This document shows positions 16,798-19,898 of a stretch of DNA of 19,898 bases, piece after piece. The stretch is from the NCBI GenBank assembly GCA_038891095.1, contig JAWAEV010000010.1, positions 1-19,898 on the forward strand, read 5' to 3'. The notes under the pieces were generated by a model. That model was not told where the DNA came from and ran no database searches. It worked only from the letters and a program-made list of their open reading frames with translations. This stretch comes from Candidatus Altiarchaeota archaeon (GTDB lineage: Archaea; Altiarchaeota; Altiarchaeia; IMC4; QMZM01). A program made the position numbers and the translations under genes. Numbering within the stretch: position 1 is the first letter of the stretch; each line of letters begins with the position of its first letter.

Positions 16798-17082
16798 ATG
16801 TGGTTAGTAACAACACTAACTTTTGCAATTATTGTTACCTTATTATGGTTCAAAAATAGGAAATATAAATTAGATTTCCTTGCTTTAATGCTTTGGGGAG
16901 CAACCATAATGATATTTACTGATCATATTCTTGGATATGAGGGCGGTGATTTTATAGAAATTGAAACAGAAGGTTTAATCACAAATGCTGGTATGTTAGG
17001 AATTTTAATGTTATTACCTTTGATTATAATATGGGCAATCTTACTCTATATTGAAGGCAAAAAATCCAAAATGCTACTCTAA
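16798..17082 (+). CDS. small 3-TM membrane protein similar to the upstream gene, candidate metal transporter subunit B
   Basis: ATG 1 nt after the upstream TAA; 94 aa; MLWGATIMIFTDHILGYE aligns with the upstream MLYGGVLMLAVEHIAHGE. Confidence 0.78.
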   Translation: MWLVTTLTFAIIVTLLWFKNRKYKLDFLALMLWGATIMIFTDHILGYEGGDFIEIETEGLITNAGMLGILMLLPLIIIWAILLYIEGKKSKMLL

Positions 17083-17259
17083 GATAGAAATTGCTCCTGT
17101 AGGGCAAGATGCTTCACATGCTCTACATGCTAAACATTCTTCTGACCTGCCTGAAATTTTCACTTTCTCATCTGTTATAGCATAAATTCCAACAGGGCAA
17201 ATTTCAACACATGCCCTGCAGCCATTGCATTTAGCCAAGTTGATTCTTATCTCAACCAT
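17074..17259 (-). CDS. 2[4Fe-4S] ferredoxin
   Basis: CNGCRACVEICP and CLACRACEASCP. Confidence 0.93.
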   Translation of the reverse strand: MVEIRINLAKCNGCRACVEICPVGIYAITDEKVKISGRSEECLACRACEASCPTGAISILE

Positions 17260-17274
17260 TTTAAATTTTTTAAT

Positions 17275-18147
17275 TTAAGCGATTCTTCCTGCGACATACT
17301 CTCTATTTCTTTTTATATCAACCACCTTAACTTTTGCAGGTGCAAAAATTTCCTTTGGCAATTTATAGAAATCATTCCCATACTCTTTGAATATATCTGA
17401 AAATTTTTTTCCATAAAATTTAGAGGACATTGAAATTGCTTTATCAGTTAAATTAAAGTCCCAGCCATTTACCTTAAAAAAAACAAAACTGCTATAAATT
17501 AATGCATCATTTGCATTTGTCATTACATTGCTATTTAACTTTGGAATTGAGACTTCTCCTTTAGCATAAAGAATTTTTCCTATATCATAGCCTAAGTTAT
17601 ATAACCTAAAAACTCCTAATTCAACAACTCTCGCGAGAATGTTAATAAGGCCAATATATGATGCTGTTTTGAATGCTACAATCAAAATTTCTTTTGAGTT
17701 TGTCTGCTCTAAAATTTCCTTACAAGTTTCGTTATCAGGCAAATGATCTGTTTCAATTAACAATGCTGCTTTTTCAGCTTTTTCATAATAGCCAAGTTTC
17801 TCAATTAATTCCTCAGGTTTTTTAGCAAGTATCCTCCCCGGACCTGAAGCTAATGCATTTTCACCCTTGATGGAAATTTTCCAACCTGCAAGTTGTGAGC
17901 TAAGAGTTGCAACTGCAACTTTTTCAGGAATTTCAACCTTCAATTTCTGTTTTTCAATTGAAATTTTTCCTAATAAACCAAGTGATGCTTCAGCAATTGT
18001 CAAAGCAGTTTCATCGTCAGAACTTATAGTATTAATAAAATCTAAAACAATTGCTTTTTTGCCATTAAATGAAAATTCCTCTGCATTTATCTTTTTTCTT
18101 TTTTTAAGTTCATACAAAATTCTGTATGTACTTTCATTTAAATTCAT
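17275..18147 (-). CDS. mch: methenyltetrahydromethanopterin cyclohydrolase (divergent)
   Basis: ATLSSQLAGW, SGPGRILA, ARVVE, NDALIY, FYKLPKEIFAPA motifs. Confidence 0.85.
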   Translation of the reverse strand: MNLNESTYRILYELKKRKKINAEEFSFNGKKAIVLDFINTISSDDETALTIAEASLGLLGKISIEKQKLKVEIPEKVAVATLSSQLAGWKISIKGENALASGPGRILAKKPEELIEKLGYYEKAEKAALLIETDHLPDNETCKEILEQTNSKEILIVAFKTASYIGLINILARVVELGVFRLYNLGYDIGKILYAKGEVSIPKLNSNVMTNANDALIYSSFVFFKVNGWDFNLTDKAISMSSKFYGKKFSDIFKEYGNDFYKLPKEIFAPAKVKVVDIKRNREYVAGRIA

Positions 18148-19135
18148 TTTTCATTTCAGGAGTTATAATCTTCATTGCTTCATCAACATCTCTCTTTGTT
18201 ATCCTTTGAACCATTTTCACCTTAGCAATAGAATTTGCTATCCTAATTATTCTATTTGAAATTTTCCTAATTGCACTTTGGTTAAATTCTTTTATTTTTA
18301 TTGTTTTTAATAATACTTCTGCTTTTTCTTTTACATATTCCCTTAAATTAGCATCTAAACTACCTGCATTAAATGCAACCTCCCTTTTTTTATAAATTTT
18401 TAAAAATTCCCTCTCAAGTAAAACTTCATTTATTCTCAGAGGCAAATAATTTTTGTGTGTTAAAAATTTCTTTAGCATAGGGCTTCGTGTTGCTAAATCT
18501 AATTCAAAATAATATTGTAATGTTCCCAAAATTCCCATCTCCTCTAACCTTCTTGATGATGTGATAACAAAAAAATCAGTGAAATATCTTATCTTTCCTT
18601 TTTTCCTAAGTCTAACAGCAAAATCTCCATCTTCCAATGGAACATCCCTAAAGCCTTTAACAGCATAGAAAGCCTCTCTCCTAACACAAGTATTAAATCC
18701 AAGTAAAATTGCTGAATTTATTTTATCTCTAAATTCAAGGTAAGAGTTTGTTATTTTTTCTGCCAATAAAAATTTCTTTTCTTTTTTTGGGAATGAGAAA
18801 CTTGCTGAAAAAGCCAAAAGTTCTTTGTCAAGAAATTTCTCCATAACTTTTGAGAGATAATTTTCTGGAATGAGAGTATCTGCATCTATAAAAACAAGAT
18901 ACTCGCCCTTTGAGAATTTTGCTCCGGTGTTTCTTGCTATTGCAATGCTTCTTCTTTTAGAATAAACAACTTTATCAGCATATTTCTTAGCAATTTCAGC
19001 TGTTTTGTCTTCACTCATGCAATCTGCAACTATAAGCTCATAACTTGAATTTGTATTTTGAGAGCATATTGATTTTAATGATGTTTCAATACAACTTTCT
19101 TCATTAAATGCCGGTACAATAACTGAAATTTCCAT
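18134..19135 (-). CDS. GT2 family glycosyltransferase with extra C-terminal helical domain
   Basis: ISVIVPAFNEE, ARNTGA, FIDAD, GF...LED, TSSRR; about 100 aa C-terminal extension. Confidence 0.9.
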   Translation of the reverse strand: MEISVIVPAFNEESCIETSLKSICSQNTNSSYELIVADCMSEDKTAEIAKKYADKVVYSKRRSIAIARNTGAKFSKGEYLVFIDADTLIPENYLSKVMEKFLDKELLAFSASFSFPKKEKKFLLAEKITNSYLEFRDKINSAILLGFNTCVRREAFYAVKGFRDVPLEDGDFAVRLRKKGKIRYFTDFFVITSSRRLEEMGILGTLQYYFELDLATRSPMLKKFLTHKNYLPLRINEVLLEREFLKIYKKREVAFNAGSLDANLREYVKEKAEVLLKTIKIKEFNQSAIRKISNRIIRIANSIAKVKMVQRITKRDVDEAMKIITPEMKNEFK

Positions 19136-19164
19136 TTAATAAAATAAAATTCGGAATTTGAGAT

Positions 19165-19898
19165 TTAGGTCTTTAACGCTTTTTCTAATTCTTCAACAGA
19201 TTCTGGATTTGCTAATGTTGAAATATCTCCTACATCATAACCCTTTACTTTTGCTTTTATAACTCTACGCATTATCTTTCCAGAGCGTGTTTTAGGGAGA
19301 TCTCTAACAAAAGTTATTTTTGATGGTCTTGCAATAGGACCACATTCCTTAGTAACATGGTTAGATAGCTCTTCTTTTAATTTATCTGTCGGTTGAAAGC
19401 CAGATTTTAAGCTAACAAGAGCAAGAATTACCTCACCCTTTATTTCATCTGGTATGCCAACAACAGCTGCTTCTGCAACAGAGGGATGGCTTACCAATGC
19501 TGATTCAACTTCTGCAGTTCCTATTCTATGACCCGCAACTTTCAAAACATCGTCTTCTCTTCCTTGAATCCAAAAATAGCCATCTTCATCTTTTCTTGCA
19601 AGATCACCTGTTAAATAAGCAGTTTTAAATTTACTCCAATATTGCTCTTCATATTTCTTAGGATCATTGTAAATTGTTCTTAACATTGATGGCCATGGTG
19701 ATTTTATAACTAAATGACCTCCTTTATTCACAAGAGGTTTACCTTCATCATTGAAGACATCAACATCAAAACTTGGGAATGGTTTTGTTGCAGATCCAGG
19801 TTTTAGTGGAGTTATTGGTAATGGCGTTATAATAAAGCAACCTGTCTCTGTTTGCCACCATGTATCCATTATTGGGCATTTTTCAGAGCCAATATTTT
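19165..19898 (-). CDS. acs: acetyl-CoA synthetase (AMP-forming), 5'-truncated by the window edge
   Basis: [47 protein letters not shown]; frame open to the window end ([10 protein letters not shown]...). Confidence 0.96.
   Translation of the reverse strand, partial: NIGSEKCPIMDTWWQTETGCFIITPLPITPLKPGSATKPFPSFDVDVFNDEGKPLVNKGGHLVIKSPWPSMLRTIYNDPKKYEEQYWSKFKTAYLTGDLARKDEDGYFWIQGREDDVLKVAGHRIGTAEVESALVSHPSVAEAAVVGIPDEIKGEVILALVSLKSGFQPTDKLKEELSNHVTKECGPIARPSKITFVRDLPKTRSGKIMRRVIKAKVKGYDVGDISTLANPESVEELEKALKT

Noticed and set aside
729-18259. Antisense or overlapping ORFs in the ORF track (e.g. 729-1010, 2310-2537, 2676-3080, 4056-4355, 7308-7649, 12976-13284, 15390-15767, 15861-16073, 16622-16828, 17867-18259)
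   Set aside because: They overlap well-supported genes, have Phe/Ser/Ile/Leu-biased shadow composition and show no recognisable motifs.

Overview
AT-rich archaeal chromosomal window of mostly housekeeping genes, with no mobile elements, tRNA/rRNA or CRISPR. Thr-rich surface proteins together with mch, a class II HMG-CoA reductase and a Na+-type ATPase rotor suggest Altiarchaeota or a similar anaerobic lineage, but this is inference only. In order, it contains: a decayed Thr-rich membrane/Zn-finger gene, a MoxR ATPase with two membrane partners, archease-rps27e-rpl44e, a box C/D guide sRNA missing from the ORF track (4486-4572, minus), prefoldin beta, Pcc1, a TPR protein, a TFB with a degenerate BRE-recognition helix and a structured leader carrying a short uORF, a VIT1/CCC1 + DUF211 pair, a KaiC/RAD55 ATPase, a PurM/SelD/ThiL-superfamily protein, a surface glycoprotein, class II HMG-CoA reductase, an isolated A/V-ATPase I-K-C block, nikR, a ferredoxin, mch, a GT2 glycosyltransferase and the 3' part of acetyl-CoA synthetase. 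The best candidate for an undescribed system is nikR divergent from two small, mutually similar 3-TM proteins with conserved E/D-H motifs, separated by a GTGTTAC-N13-GTGTTAT operator-like site. This would be a possible new two-subunit nickel/metal transporter.
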